Origin: Gemmatales bacterium
GTDB taxonomy: Bacteria > Planctomycetota > Planctomycetia > Gemmatales > HRBIN36
Assembly: GCA_041640595.1 (NCBI GenBank)
Contig: JBEPZY010000008.1
Span: forward strand, 72,484-136,483
DNA: 64,000 bases
Direction of reading: 5' to 3'
A program made the translations under genes and the position numbers. Below are positions 1 to 10,142 of this stretch, one piece after another; the stretch's first letter is position 1, and every line of letters begins with the position of its first letter. The notes beneath the pieces were generated by a model. That model was not told the DNA's origin, searched no databases, and saw only the letters and a list, made by a program, of their open reading frames with translations.

Positions 1-338
1 CGCTTGCACTGCCATCCGTTAGCACCCTGGATGTTCGCAGTCTGTGACAAAGGCGGTTGCCTGTTGATGCGGTAAGCTTCTGTCCTGCCGCAAAAATGCT
101 CCCGCGGACACAGGGATATTTCCGAAAAACGGGCGAATCAGAGCGGCACCAGGGCGCAGGGACCCCGTTGCGTCCGTCGCTGCGTGTGTGGTTGTTCTAT
201 AAAATATGGCCGCCAGCCTGTGGCGGTTCGATGAACCTGGCAGGCGATGTGCTGGGGACAAATGTGAAAACGGCTGCGGGATCAGGGATGACCGGAGGTC
301 ACGGCGAAGACACATCTGTTGCTCGATTCGGCAGCACA

Positions 339-1157
339 ATGCGGCCCAAGAATTCCGTTCCGCAGGTGCTGATTAGCGTCCGCGATGTTGCGGAAGCAGA
401 AGAAGCATGGTACGGTGGGGCGCGATGGCTGGATATCAAGGAACCGCAGCGTGGCTCGCTGGGTGCCTCGGATGAGCACGTGCAAGTGGCAATTGCCCGG
501 AAATTCGCCGGTCGGGCCTGGCTCAGCGTTGCCGCGGGAGAACTTCTGCACCCCGCCCGCGCACCGAGTATTCCCTGCTGGGCAGTGAAAGTCGGCCTGG
601 CCGGATGTGCCCACGAGCTCAACTGGCCACAACGATTCGAACAGATGGCGGAAAGCCTCAGGCGAAGTACGTCCTTTCGCCCGTCGTTTCACCAGGTAGC
701 CGATAGCCTGGCGCTGAATGCACGAGCCACCTCGACCGCACCCTGGCTGGTAGCGGTGGCGTATGCGGACGCGGAAAGCGCAGGTGCCCCGGAAGTGGCA
801 ACGGTGCTGGAGACGGCAATTACTCGCGGCTGGCCTGCGGTCATGATTGATACCTGGAGCAAGAATGGCCAATGCCTTTTCGATTATCTCACTCCGGAGT
901 TCCTCGCCGAGTGGTCTGGCCGACTGGGCCAGGCAGGGATAGCGTTCGGTCTGGCCGGTTCGCTTCGGTGCGAACATGCGGACCTGCTCCAGGCGATCGC
1001 GCCTTTTATCGTTGCGTTTCGGGGGGCCGTTTGCCGAAATCACCAGCGCGAACAATCCCTTTGTCGCGATCGGGTGCGCCAGTTGCTCTGTCGTTTCCAC
1101 GGCGGCGAAACTCCGGGTCGGCGTGAGCAGGTGCTCGATACCACCTGCCGGCAATGA
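339..1157 (+). CDS. mfnB: (5-formylfuran-3-yl)methyl phosphate synthase (MfnB/DUF556), methanofuran-type cofactor biosynthesis
   Basis: Motifs LISVRDVAEA, DIKEPQRGSLGA (Schiff-base Lys), VKVGL, VAVAYAD, MIDTWSK, GLAGSL, FRGAVC. Start uncertain: ATG at 231, 288 or 339; ORF track starts at 57. Confidence 0.85.
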   Translation: MRPKNSVPQVLISVRDVAEAEEAWYGGARWLDIKEPQRGSLGASDEHVQVAIARKFAGRAWLSVAAGELLHPARAPSIPCWAVKVGLAGCAHELNWPQRFEQMAESLRRSTSFRPSFHQVADSLALNARATSTAPWLVAVAYADAESAGAPEVATVLETAITRGWPAVMIDTWSKNGQCLFDYLTPEFLAEWSGRLGQAGIAFGLAGSLRCEHADLLQAIAPFIVAFRGAVCRNHQREQSLCRDRVRQLLCRFHGGETPGRREQVLDTTCRQ

Positions 1158-1193
1158 GCATCGGGCCTTCCGAAGCAAGGGCCGGAAGAGTGC

Positions 1194-2177
1194 ATGAAAA
1201 CAGTGCAGCACAGTCGTACGGACTCCGGTGTTCTACGCATCGCTGCGCCGGCAAAAGTGAATCTTTTCCTGGAAGTGCTCGGTCGGCGCGACGACGGTTT
1301 CCATGAGATTGAAACGTTGATGGTGCAGGTCGGGCTGTGCGATACTCTGAGCGTCGAGGAAACAGCCCCGGCACAGGTGCATCTGGAGGTGATCAAGGGC
1401 GGTGATTGTGAGGAGTTCGGTGTTCAGCTGCCTGACTCTGGGCGGGACAATCTGGTCTGGCGGGCCGCCGAATCTTTGCGCCAGCATACGCAATGCCCAC
1501 GCGGTGCCCGTATCGTTTTAGAAAAGCGCATCCCCATCGGTGCCGGGCTGGGAGGAGGTTCGAGCGATGCGGCTGCGACTTTGCGCTTGCTTGATTTACT
1601 CTGGCAGCTTGCCTTGCCCACCGAGGAACTGATGTCGCTGGCGGCCAGTCTGGGCAGTGACGTACCGTTCTTTCTCAACGGGCCGGTCGCCTGGTGTCGC
1701 GGTCGTGGTGAACGGGTCGAACCTTTCTCCGGTATGTTTCCGTGCTGGTTCCTGTTACTGTCGCCGGCGATGCTGGTGAGCACGGCTCGCGTGTACCAGC
1801 ATGTGCGGATTCCCGAGCAACCGCGGTCCGGTTCTGAGTTGGTCGTTCGTTTGCGGGAGAAAAACGTCGAGGCCTTGCGCTCCGCGCTCTTCAATCGCCT
1901 GGAAGAAGCGGCTCTGGAAGCCTATCCGCAATTGCGAGCAATACGGGAAACACTTGATGTCTGCGGATTAACGCACGCTCAGTTGAGCGGCAGCGGTGGC
2001 ACTTTTTTCGCAGTGTTTGCAGTTGCCGAAGAGGCACACCAGGCCGCCGAAGATTTCCAACGCCATTACGCGAGTCGCGGTGGTGTGCCGGTGCGCACAA
2101 TAGTCGTACCTTCGTTCCTCAACGCACCTACGCCGGAAGGCGAACCGCCAGAATCGGCCCAAAACGATCCGCGATAG
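1194..2177 (+). CDS. ispE: 4-diphosphocytidyl-2-C-methyl-D-erythritol kinase
   Basis: APAKVNLFLEVLGRRDDGFHEI, KRIPIGAGLGGGSSDAA, LGSDVPFF, LSGSG GHMP-kinase motifs. Confidence 0.95.
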   Translation: MKTVQHSRTDSGVLRIAAPAKVNLFLEVLGRRDDGFHEIETLMVQVGLCDTLSVEETAPAQVHLEVIKGGDCEEFGVQLPDSGRDNLVWRAAESLRQHTQCPRGARIVLEKRIPIGAGLGGGSSDAAATLRLLDLLWQLALPTEELMSLAASLGSDVPFFLNGPVAWCRGRGERVEPFSGMFPCWFLLLSPAMLVSTARVYQHVRIPEQPRSGSELVVRLREKNVEALRSALFNRLEEAALEAYPQLRAIRETLDVCGLTHAQLSGSGGTFFAVFAVAEEAHQAAEDFQRHYASRGGVPVRTIVVPSFLNAPTPEGEPPESAQNDPR

Positions 2178-2217
2178 ATGCATCAACTCGTCCTGATACA
2201 TCGTTTGCAGCGGCAGC

Positions 2218-2307
2218 CAGCGAAGTTGTACGTAAGCGCGTCGGCAACGCCACCAGCCATGGCGACTGACGACCGGCGACCAGCAGCGAAGTTGCACGTT
2301 AGTGCGT
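2218..2307. repeat. two imperfect 24-bp direct repeats, period 66
   Basis: CAGCGAAGTTGTACGTAAGCGCGT (2218) vs CAGCGAAGTTGCACGTTAGTGCGT (2284), between convergent genes. Confidence 0.6.
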
Positions 2308-2369
2308 GAGCAGCCGACAACGTGGGCAACGTGGCGTTCATCCAGATGCGTCCCTGCACACAAATGGAA

Positions 2370-2912
2370 TTACACCGCGGGCGGCAAGCTGCCACTGGTT
2401 ACCAGCGCATTCCAGCGGCGATAGGCCAAATAATCCCCTTCCGGAATAGGAATGGCGTTGTCGAGCGGGCGGTTGTACACGTACATCCAGCACGGCATGG
2501 TCTGGTTGTCCGTCAGGCGAACAACGACAGGTACCCTGCGAAACAGGCTCCGCTCCGGATAACGGGCATCGTATCCTTCGTAAGCATCGAGCGAAACAAT
2601 CACGGCCGGATCAGGGGGAAGCAGATAAACATCTCCCACAATGTCGCCATCGGCCTGGGGATCGAGGATGGCGGCAGGATAAGGCCCCAGGTCGTACAAC
2701 CGACCACGAACCCGAGCAGTACCCGCATAGCGCAACCGCTCAAACACCGCGCGCAGCAGCTCGGGAAACTGCTCCTCATTCCAGATCGGATTTACCAACG
2801 ACTGTTCTGGCGGTGGCATTACGTCGCGGGCCAGGCCTGGCCGATATGCCGGCGGTAGCAGGGCCCAGCGTAAAGTCCCGTAAGCGAAAAGGTGACGGTT
2901 GGCGGTTCTCAT
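2370..2912 (-). CDS. gamma-glutamylcyclotransferase (AIG2-like) family protein
   Basis: LFAYGTL, GRLYDLGPYPA, LDAYEG, CWMYVYN motifs; 4-bp overlap with upstream gene. Confidence 0.85.
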   Translation of the reverse strand: MRTANRHLFAYGTLRWALLPPAYRPGLARDVMPPPEQSLVNPIWNEEQFPELLRAVFERLRYAGTARVRGRLYDLGPYPAAILDPQADGDIVGDVYLLPPDPAVIVSLDAYEGYDARYPERSLFRRVPVVVRLTDNQTMPCWMYVYNRPLDNAIPIPEGDYLAYRRWNALVTSGSLPPAV

Positions 2913-4042
2913 AGTTCGGCAGCATCCAGCTGATCGAGCAAGCGATCGAGATCGTCTTTGGGAGCCTGGGGCTGTTGAGCACGGCGTTTGGGAATGCCGA
3001 CGGTCATCCCGACTGCCTGACGACCTGCGGCCAGCAATTCCCGATCCCGTTCGGCTGCGGCAATCTGTAAGGCGTCCGCTCCGCCGAACAGTCGCGAGAG
3101 GTCTATTTTCAACCCGTCAATTTCTCCCCCTAAAGCACCGGCGATAGCAGGGGACTTGTACTCCGGGAAAATAATGGCGTGTTCCGGACAGACACGGCTA
3201 CAGGCGGGGCAGCCTTTGCGGCATTCGTCCTGATGCTGCACGTAAATCAGCCCATCCTCGGTTGTCCCGTACACGCCGAACAAACAGAAATTCAGGCATT
3301 CCAGACAATTGGTACAGCGGGAATAATCAATCACCGGATACCAGCGGCGTGCCGGTGGTCGGAGCAATTCGTCGGTACCGTTGCTGACGGTCTGGTGAGT
3401 GCCAGTCGCGGTATCGCTCGCCGTGCTTGCTTTCGTCTCCGCCTCGGTGCGGTTCGGAGCCGCAACCGTGCGTATTCCCAGTTGCAGCAATGGCGAAGCC
3501 TGGGAACGGCGAGATTCGGCGCGGCTTGCACACTCTTCGTAAATGCGATGAATTTCGGTCAAAAACGGCTCGGCCTGTTCGCTGTCGCGCAAATCCAGGC
3601 AGTAAATGTAGCGGTCCGGTGGAGGTGGACGGAGTCGGTCGGCCCGAGTGACTGCCTGACCGTTTGCGGTCGGCTCCTCAGCCGCGTTCGCGGTGTCGGA
3701 TGGGACAGCGGATTGGGTCGAATCCGACGCTGCTTCCGACTCTGCGTCGTTCGGCTGGCGTAATTGCGTTTCGCCCCAGTGCCCCCGTACACCGTCGCGA
3801 TCGAGCACCCAGAAAGTCGCCCGGGGATATAACCACGCCAGCACCACCAGATCGCCCCGCACTCGCTCCAGAAATAAGCGTGCCGGATGCTCAGCGTCGA
3901 GATCGTACAGATGCGGGATCACGACCACTTCAAACCGTGGGTCGCCAAACAACGCGGTTACGATGGCCTCTTCCAGGGCACGCTTGGCAGGATGTTTTCC
4001 CTGGGCTTGCGAGACGACCACCGTCAGGACGTAGCGACTCAT
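2909..4042 (-). CDS. 2x[4Fe-4S] ferredoxin-domain protein
   Basis: CTNCLECLNFC and CRKGCPACSRVCP cluster-binding motifs in the C-terminal half. Confidence 0.85.
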   Translation of the reverse strand: MSRYVLTVVVSQAQGKHPAKRALEEAIVTALFGDPRFEVVVIPHLYDLDAEHPARLFLERVRGDLVVLAWLYPRATFWVLDRDGVRGHWGETQLRQPNDAESEAASDSTQSAVPSDTANAAEEPTANGQAVTRADRLRPPPPDRYIYCLDLRDSEQAEPFLTEIHRIYEECASRAESRRSQASPLLQLGIRTVAAPNRTEAETKASTASDTATGTHQTVSNGTDELLRPPARRWYPVIDYSRCTNCLECLNFCLFGVYGTTEDGLIYVQHQDECRKGCPACSRVCPEHAIIFPEYKSPAIAGALGGEIDGLKIDLSRLFGGADALQIAAAERDRELLAAGRQAVGMTVGIPKRRAQQPQAPKDDLDRLLDQLDAAEL

Positions 4043-4155
4043 GAGGTAGAGCCCGTACAGTTCGGCGGATGTTATGCCGCCAGGTTGCCTGAATCAGGAA
4101 GTCGAAGCGGCTACCGGTTGTATTCGCCAGGCGGATAGTTTCGGCGAATTATTTT

Positions 4156-4446
4156 TCAGGCATCGCGGCGGACGTAAATCTTCCACAAATCGGAGTGCTC
4201 ATCTTCCAGTATGGCCAAGATGGTAAAGCCGGGTCGCAGAATTGCCGCCGGCACTTCAAATTTCGACTCGAGCCAGTCGCCGACGATTTCCAGCACTTGT
4301 CCCGGTCGGAGCGCTGCGGTGGCTTTCAAGCTCTCCAGAGCCGGGGCGGGACAAATCAGACCGCGGACGTCTAAATGCGCATCAATGCGATGCACCCGTC
4401 CTTCTTCGTCGCAAATAGTTTCCTGCGGCTCGGCAGATAGCGGCAT
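4156..4446 (-). CDS. sulfurtransferase TusA/SirA family protein
   Basis: LDVRGLICPAP (CPxP motif), LRPGQVLEI. Confidence 0.85.
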   Translation of the reverse strand: MPLSAEPQETICDEEGRVHRIDAHLDVRGLICPAPALESLKATAALRPGQVLEIVGDWLESKFEVPAAILRPGFTILAILEDEHSDLWKIYVRRDA

Positions 4447-5034
4447 AGCGGAATCACCAGGACTGTTGAGGCGGGAGGACGGTCAGAATCACGCTTGCCA
4501 TGAATCTCCGCGCAACCAGTTTCCCAGGCGCGGCTGGCTTGCGATATGGATAGAAAGCCGCACGCCAAACAGCAAGGCAGCACCCCTTGCGGTGACGGAT
4601 CCTGCCTTTTTCCACGCACGGTTCCGCCTTGCTCCGTCAACGCATCCACTTCCGCCCAAAATTGCAGTGCCCGATGGGTCGGTTGTGACGAATGGCGGGG
4701 ATAACTTTTGCTCGCAGGAGCCACCTGGGTTAACTTGCAGTGCCCGATTGGTTGCTTTTGACGAATGGCGCTTACGGCGAGTTGGTTGTTTTGTATCGGC
4801 GATAGCGGTATTGCCATTCCGTCGAGGACGCAGGCGTCCAGGACTATTTCTCGGAAATCGTTTCACCAAACCGCACAGAGGGCAGCAGGCGACAAGCGCA
4901 CGACAGCGTTGCCCAGGATGTTGCCGCAAGTCGTTTCTTGAAAGCGGACGCACACGCCGCTACGAGTTCTGCGCGATAAAATAAACGAGGAGCAGATAAC
5001 GCTACCGGGGCCGCGAACAATAGAGACCCTGACT

Positions 5035-5214
5035 ATGGAGAAATGGCTGACGCTCGGCTCGCTGATTATTTGCTGCGTGCTCCTGGCCGTCTTTGCCGTG
5101 GATATCGCTATCGGCTTTCCGTTTGGCCGAAGCATCTTCCTGGACATCTGCGCTATGCTGGCGGCCGGGATTGTGGCGTACCTCTCCTGGGACGTTTACC
5201 GCGAGATCACGTGA
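5035..5214 (+). CDS. small two-TM membrane protein (59 aa), absent from the ORF track
   Basis: Hand translation MEKWLTLGSLIICCVLLAVFAVDIAIGFPFGRSIFLDICAMLAAGIVAYLSWDVYREIT*; two hydrophobic helices; stop lies 11 bp from the convergent cobA stop. Confidence 0.7.
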   Translation: MEKWLTLGSLIICCVLLAVFAVDIAIGFPFGRSIFLDICAMLAAGIVAYLSWDVYREIT

Positions 5215-5225
5215 TAGCGGGATTT

Positions 5226-6776
5226 TTAGGGTGGCGGTAACTGCGACGAACCGGAACGGGATTGTGCCAGGCGTAGGAGCGTCTGCACCAGGCCCGGCAT
5301 AGTGTACTCGCTGGCCTCGGCATTTACCGGCAAACCGAGTTCGCGTAACGTTGCCCCGGTAACCGGACTCAGGGCCACCAGTTGTGTTTTTGTGCCCAGG
5401 TGAGCACGCATGGGAGCATCGAGTAGTCTCGCCAGTGCCCGTGCCAGATTGCTGCTGGTCAACGGTATGAAATCATATTCTCCCTGCCTCAGCCGCTCGG
5501 CAATTATCGGGGGCAGGTCGGTGATTTCCCGCTGGGAATAGACGGCCACCTGTTCCACTTCAGCGCTGGCGGACAATTGCTGGGGCAAAACGTCCCGTCC
5601 GCGATCGGCTCGTAATAACAACACGCGGCATCCACGCACCAGCGGCAAAAGACTCTCGGCCAGGTTTTCCGAGCGGTATTCTTCGGGGACAACGTCGGCA
5701 CGCAGGTGAAATTCCGCCAGGGCCTGCGCGGTGCCGGGACCGATTGCGGCCAGCCGAACGCTGCCGAAGATACGCAGGTCGGCCCCCACTTCTCCCAGGG
5801 CGTGCATGGTGGACTGCACACCGTTTCGACTGGTGAAAACCACCCACTGAAACGCTCCCTGACCCAGCTGGGTCAGGGCCTGGCGAACCTTATCCGGTTG
5901 TGGCGGCGGGCCGATTTCCAGCAGCGGACAGACATCCACTACCGCGCCGAGCAGTTCCAGATGGCGAGCCAGAGTTTGCGCCTGGGTGCGGGGCCGAATC
6001 AGTAAGATGCGTCGGCCCAGGAGCGGTCGCTGTTCCCACCACGAGAGGGTTTTTCGCAATCCCACAACCGAGCCAATCAAAGTAATTGCCGGGGCAGCCA
6101 AGCCCGCTTGCCGCACCGCTTCTGCCAGCTGGCCCAGTGGCGCGGCCGCACTGCGTTGCTTGCCTGTGGTGGCCCATTGCACAGTGATCGCCGGTGTATC
6201 GGCCGGCAACCCGTGCCGGATCAGTTGCTCCGCGATGTACCCCAGGCGTTCAAATCCCATGTAAATGGCCAGCGTCCCCGGAAAGCGAGCTAAACTGGCC
6301 CAGTCGAGTTCGGGGCTATCTTCGGCCTGATGCCCGGTGATGAAAGCGACGGCACTGCTCAGACTGCGATGGGTCAGCGGTATGCCCGTGTAGGCCGCAG
6401 CTCCTTGTGCCGCACTGATACCGGGCACGATCTCGAACGGGATGCCAGCTTCTGCCAGGGCCAGGAATTCTTCCCCTCCGCGGCCGAAAATCAGAGGATC
6501 TCCTCCTTTCAGTCGCACTACGGTTTTTCCCCGACGGGCATAGTCCACCAGCATGGCACTGACTCTGGGCGCGCGCTGCTCGTGAGTTTCGCCCCATTCC
6601 CGCACGCAATGCTTTTCCGCCTGCGGTGCCCAATCGAGCAGACGTTCGCTGACCAGCTGATCGTAGATCACCACGTCGGCTTCCTGCAAACATTCCACCG
6701 CGCGCAGCGTCAACAAACCCGGATCACCGGGCCCAGCGCCGACAAGATAGACTTTTCCGATCTGCGGCGTTGCCAT
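5226..6776 (-). CDS. cobA: uroporphyrinogen-III C-methyltransferase / uroporphyrinogen-III synthase fusion (CobA-HemD)
   Basis: GKVYLVGAGPGDPGLLT, VVRLKGGDPLIFGRGGEE; HemD half with FTSRNGV and AIGPGTA; start set at ATG 6776. Confidence 0.93.
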   Translation of the reverse strand: MATPQIGKVYLVGAGPGDPGLLTLRAVECLQEADVVIYDQLVSERLLDWAPQAEKHCVREWGETHEQRAPRVSAMLVDYARRGKTVVRLKGGDPLIFGRGGEEFLALAEAGIPFEIVPGISAAQGAAAYTGIPLTHRSLSSAVAFITGHQAEDSPELDWASLARFPGTLAIYMGFERLGYIAEQLIRHGLPADTPAITVQWATTGKQRSAAAPLGQLAEAVRQAGLAAPAITLIGSVVGLRKTLSWWEQRPLLGRRILLIRPRTQAQTLARHLELLGAVVDVCPLLEIGPPPQPDKVRQALTQLGQGAFQWVVFTSRNGVQSTMHALGEVGADLRIFGSVRLAAIGPGTAQALAEFHLRADVVPEEYRSENLAESLLPLVRGCRVLLLRADRGRDVLPQQLSASAEVEQVAVYSQREITDLPPIIAERLRQGEYDFIPLTSSNLARALARLLDAPMRAHLGTKTQLVALSPVTGATLRELGLPVNAEASEYTMPGLVQTLLRLAQSRSGSSQLPPP

Positions 6777-7193
6777 CGTCAAGCCTGGCCCCGTTACCGA
6801 CCGACAAAGAAATAGGCTTTCCCCGGCAGTCGTGCAGCGCTGTGCCTTGCTACGTGCCATTTTACCGTCTGGTATGAAAACTCGCCCAGCTAACGCAGCC
6901 GCGTGCTTATTCGCTTCGCGGAACGGCTGCCGACAGACCAACCTGCTTCCACCTTGCACTGGCATTCCTGCCATTTCTCGTAAGCGGGTGCTGAACGAGC
7001 GTCACTACGCCGACCAGGCTGGAACTGGGCCTTTGCTTGGACAGCTCAGCACGAAACTATCATCTTCGCCTTGCTGTCATTGTGCCGGACGCGTAGTATA
7101 CCTTTGATAGTACCCGCCTGATGTGCTGACCTTTCCGGTCTATCCCGCCAACGGGCAGATGCCCGTCATCCTGCCAGAAGAAGGGGGGCGAAG

Positions 7194-8618
7194 ATGTCCT
7201 GCCGCAGCGTAGTTTCACCTGGCTGCCCGGAGTACGGTGTTCTGGATTCCTGGAGCCGCCGGGAATTTCTTCGCGTCGGTGCCTTGAGTGCCTTTGGGCT
7301 TTCCCTGCCTCAGCTTTTCCGTGCTGAGGCGCAGGCTTCGGCATACGGCGAGACGGTGCGGCCCCGGGCGAAGGCGTGTATCCTGGTCTTTTTGTCCGGC
7401 GGGCCGAGTCATTACGAAACCTTCGACCCGAAACCGGAAGCGCCAACGGAGTACCGCACGATTTTCGGCGTGGCGCAAACACCGATTCCGGGCGTTTATT
7501 TGTGTGAACATCTGTCGCGGTTGGCACGGTTGGCCAATCGCTTTGCCCTGGTGCGGAGCATGTCGCACAAATTCACAGGACACTTCGGCGGCCATCGTTA
7601 CGTGCTGACGGGGCATTTCGCTCCCGGTAACCCCGACCAGCCGGCTCGTCCCGATGACAAACCGGGACTGGCTTCGTTGGCGGCCAGGTTCCTGGCGCGG
7701 CGCAATGTCGCCATGCCCCCCACGTTCATGCTGCCGTGGGTCGCCACCGATCAGGGAAGCGGAGCCAGTGGCGGGATGCTGGCTGGTACGCTCGGCAAAC
7801 AATACGATCCGGTGGTCATCGAAGCCGACATGAACTCGCTGAAAAATCCCAACCAGCCACCGGTATTCCGTGTGCCGGAATTCGCCTTGCAGCCGGATGT
7901 TACCCCGCAACGACTCACCGAGCGCCGGAGTTTACTGCAAATCGTGGATCAGGCCCGGCAGGAACTCGCTCAGCAAGCTGCGCTGGCCGATATGGATACC
8001 TTTTACCGCAAGGCGTTTGAACTGCTCACCTCCAACCAGATTCGTGAAGCCTTCGATCTGGACAAAGAACCGGCTAAGCTGCGCGAAGAATACGGCCTGA
8101 ATGCGTTTGGACAGTCGTGTCTGCTGGCCCGCCGGCTCATCGAAAGGCAGGCTCGGTTCGTGCAGATCAATTTCTCCCGCAACGTGACCCAGGATCGCTA
8201 TGGCTGGGATACGCACAACAAAGGCCGCGAGACCCTCAAAGACCATCTCCTGCCCAAACTCGATGCCGGACTCAGCACTTTGCTGACCGATCTGGAATCG
8301 CGCGGGCTGTTGCAGGAGACCCTGGTGGTGGCGATGGGCGAGTTTGGCCGCACACCTCGCGTCAAGCCGGACGGTGGTCGCGATCACTGGCCGCAATGCT
8401 ACTCCATTTTGCTCGCCGGCGGCGGTATCCACGGCGGGCTGGTCTATGGCAGTTCCGACAAGCATGGTGCCTACCCGGCCAGCGATCCCGTCGAACCACG
8501 ACAAATCATCCTGACGGTGCTGACGCTCCTGGGCATTCCCACGGCGATGCCCGATCCGCAGGGCCGCGTGGTGCCGCTCTTCGATGGCTATCACCCGGTG
8601 GAACGGCTTTATTCGTGA
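7194..8618 (+). CDS. DUF1501 domain protein with Tat signal
   Basis: SRREFLRVG twin-arginine motif, GGPSHYETFDPKP, WDTH, GEFGRTP, GRDHWP. Confidence 0.92.
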   Translation: MSCRSVVSPGCPEYGVLDSWSRREFLRVGALSAFGLSLPQLFRAEAQASAYGETVRPRAKACILVFLSGGPSHYETFDPKPEAPTEYRTIFGVAQTPIPGVYLCEHLSRLARLANRFALVRSMSHKFTGHFGGHRYVLTGHFAPGNPDQPARPDDKPGLASLAARFLARRNVAMPPTFMLPWVATDQGSGASGGMLAGTLGKQYDPVVIEADMNSLKNPNQPPVFRVPEFALQPDVTPQRLTERRSLLQIVDQARQELAQQAALADMDTFYRKAFELLTSNQIREAFDLDKEPAKLREEYGLNAFGQSCLLARRLIERQARFVQINFSRNVTQDRYGWDTHNKGRETLKDHLLPKLDAGLSTLLTDLESRGLLQETLVVAMGEFGRTPRVKPDGGRDHWPQCYSILLAGGGIHGGLVYGSSDKHGAYPASDPVEPRQIILTVLTLLGIPTAMPDPQGRVVPLFDGYHPVERLYS

Positions 8619-8710
8619 GGGCTGGCCTGGAACCGAACGGCACGTCGAGTCTGGACAACACGCATCGCTAATTGGAATTTGAACAAGACGCATCGCCATG
8701 CGGAGCACAA

Positions 8711-9755
8711 GAGCGGCGGGCGTCAGCCCGCCGTGGTTCGGGAAACGCACTTGCTGGACGATCCGATTTGCGTTCGGCGAACAACCGCACTAGGAGCGGC
8801 GGGCGTCAGCCCGCCGTGGTACCGAAAAACGCACCTGCAACGGGGAGCGATTTTCGGGCACTGATTGCATTAGCCACGCACGACGGGCCAGTGTACCACG
8901 GGGGGCTTACGCCCCCCGCTCTTGGTTGTGCGTGCGGTAGAGCCATGACGAGAGCGGCTTACGTTACCGGGACGCTTCGCCGCACAGCCACGGCTGGCTT
9001 ACCCCAGCCGCTCCTGGTGCACGGTGTCGGTCGCGCGAAAAAATAACGACATTCGCGGTGCACAAACGCACATTCTACAGGAGCGGCGGGCGTCAGCCCG
9101 CCGTGGGTTGGCAAACGCGCTTGCAGGACGATTCGATTTGTGTTCGGCGAATAACCGCACCAAGAGCGGCGGGCGTCAGCCCGCCGTGGTACCGAAAAAC
9201 GCACCTGCAACGGGGAGCGATTTCCGGGAACTGATTACATTCGCCACGCACCACGGGCCAGTGTACCACGGGGGGCTTACGCCCCCCGCTCTTGGTTGCG
9301 CGTACGGTAGAGCCGTGACAAGAGCGGCTTATGTTACCGGGACGCTTCGCCGCACAGCCACGGCTGGCTTACGCCAGCCGCTCCTGGTGCACGGTGTCGG
9401 TCGCGCGAAAAAATAACGACATTCGCGGTGCACAAACGCACATTCTACAGGAGCGGCGGGCGTCAGCCCGCCGTGGTTCGGGAAAGGCACTTGCAGGACG
9501 GTTCGATTTGCGTTCGGCGAATAACCGCACGAGGAGCGGCGGGGGTCAGCCCGCCGTGGTACCGAACAGCGCACCTGCAACGGGGAGCGATTTCCGGGAA
9601 CTGATTACATTCGCCACGCACGACGGGCCAGTGTACCACGGGGGGCTTACGCCCCCCGCTCCTGTGTTGCGGTGCGAATGTCTGCCGGCAAAAAAGCGAT
9701 TTTTGCGATGGACGAACGCATGTTCACAAGAGCGGCGGGGGTCAGCCCGCCGTGG
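8711..9755. repeat. REP/BIME-like array: 12 hairpin copies in ~2.6 tandem 370-bp units plus one extra copy
   Basis: GAGCGGCGGGCGTCAGCCCGCCGTGG-type copies on + at 8711, 8794, 9081, 9164, 9451, 9534, 9730; inverted variants at 8896, 8988, 9266, 9358, 9636; units start at 8711, 9081, 9451. Confidence 0.9.
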
Positions 9756-9978
9756 GTGACAACGTGACAGCAACGGCGATACGGCACACATTCGGACACG
9801 GTCATCACACCCGACCAGGAGCGATGGTCGCCAGTTCTCCGTGTGCTGCGAAACACCGTAACCATGATTCCGCACTTACCGGCAGTTCGATGCCGCAGGG
9901 GCAAGGTGAGCCACCACGCTGAGGTTGGGCCTGGCGTTGTCCGGACGGTCCGGAGGGAAAATTTTTGGCAAACTGGGC

Positions 9979-10142
9979 TTGACATAATGACATGCAGTTG
10001 ATTTTCTTTACAGCTGCAAAGCAGTTCGTCGCCCGGAACCGAACGGAGACGGAGATGCGAATGCGGAAGATCGCTGTCGGTGTGTGACCGACAGTCGTTG
10101 GTCAGAAGGGATTCGTCTCCACAAAAGGAAAGGAGGACACCT
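9979..10142 (+). promoter_or_regulatory. putative spoVG promoter and structured 5' leader
   Basis: TTGACA at 9979 (-10 weak); stem GGAGACGGA(10045)/TTCGTCTCC(10120) enclosing hairpin CTGTCGGT-GTGTG-ACCGACAG; AAGGAGG RBS. Confidence 0.45.

Noticed and set aside
4489..4984. ORFs between the TusA gene and the small membrane gene
   Set aside because: Arg/Ser/Pro-rich random-like translations; likely divergent promoter region
8711..9755. REP array as a CRISPR array
   Set aside because: Elements occur in both orientations and the intervening sequences are duplicated with the 370-bp unit rather than unique
8672..9875. Several ORFs across the REP array
   Set aside because: They are translations of GC-rich repeats on both strands, with no RBS or domain features
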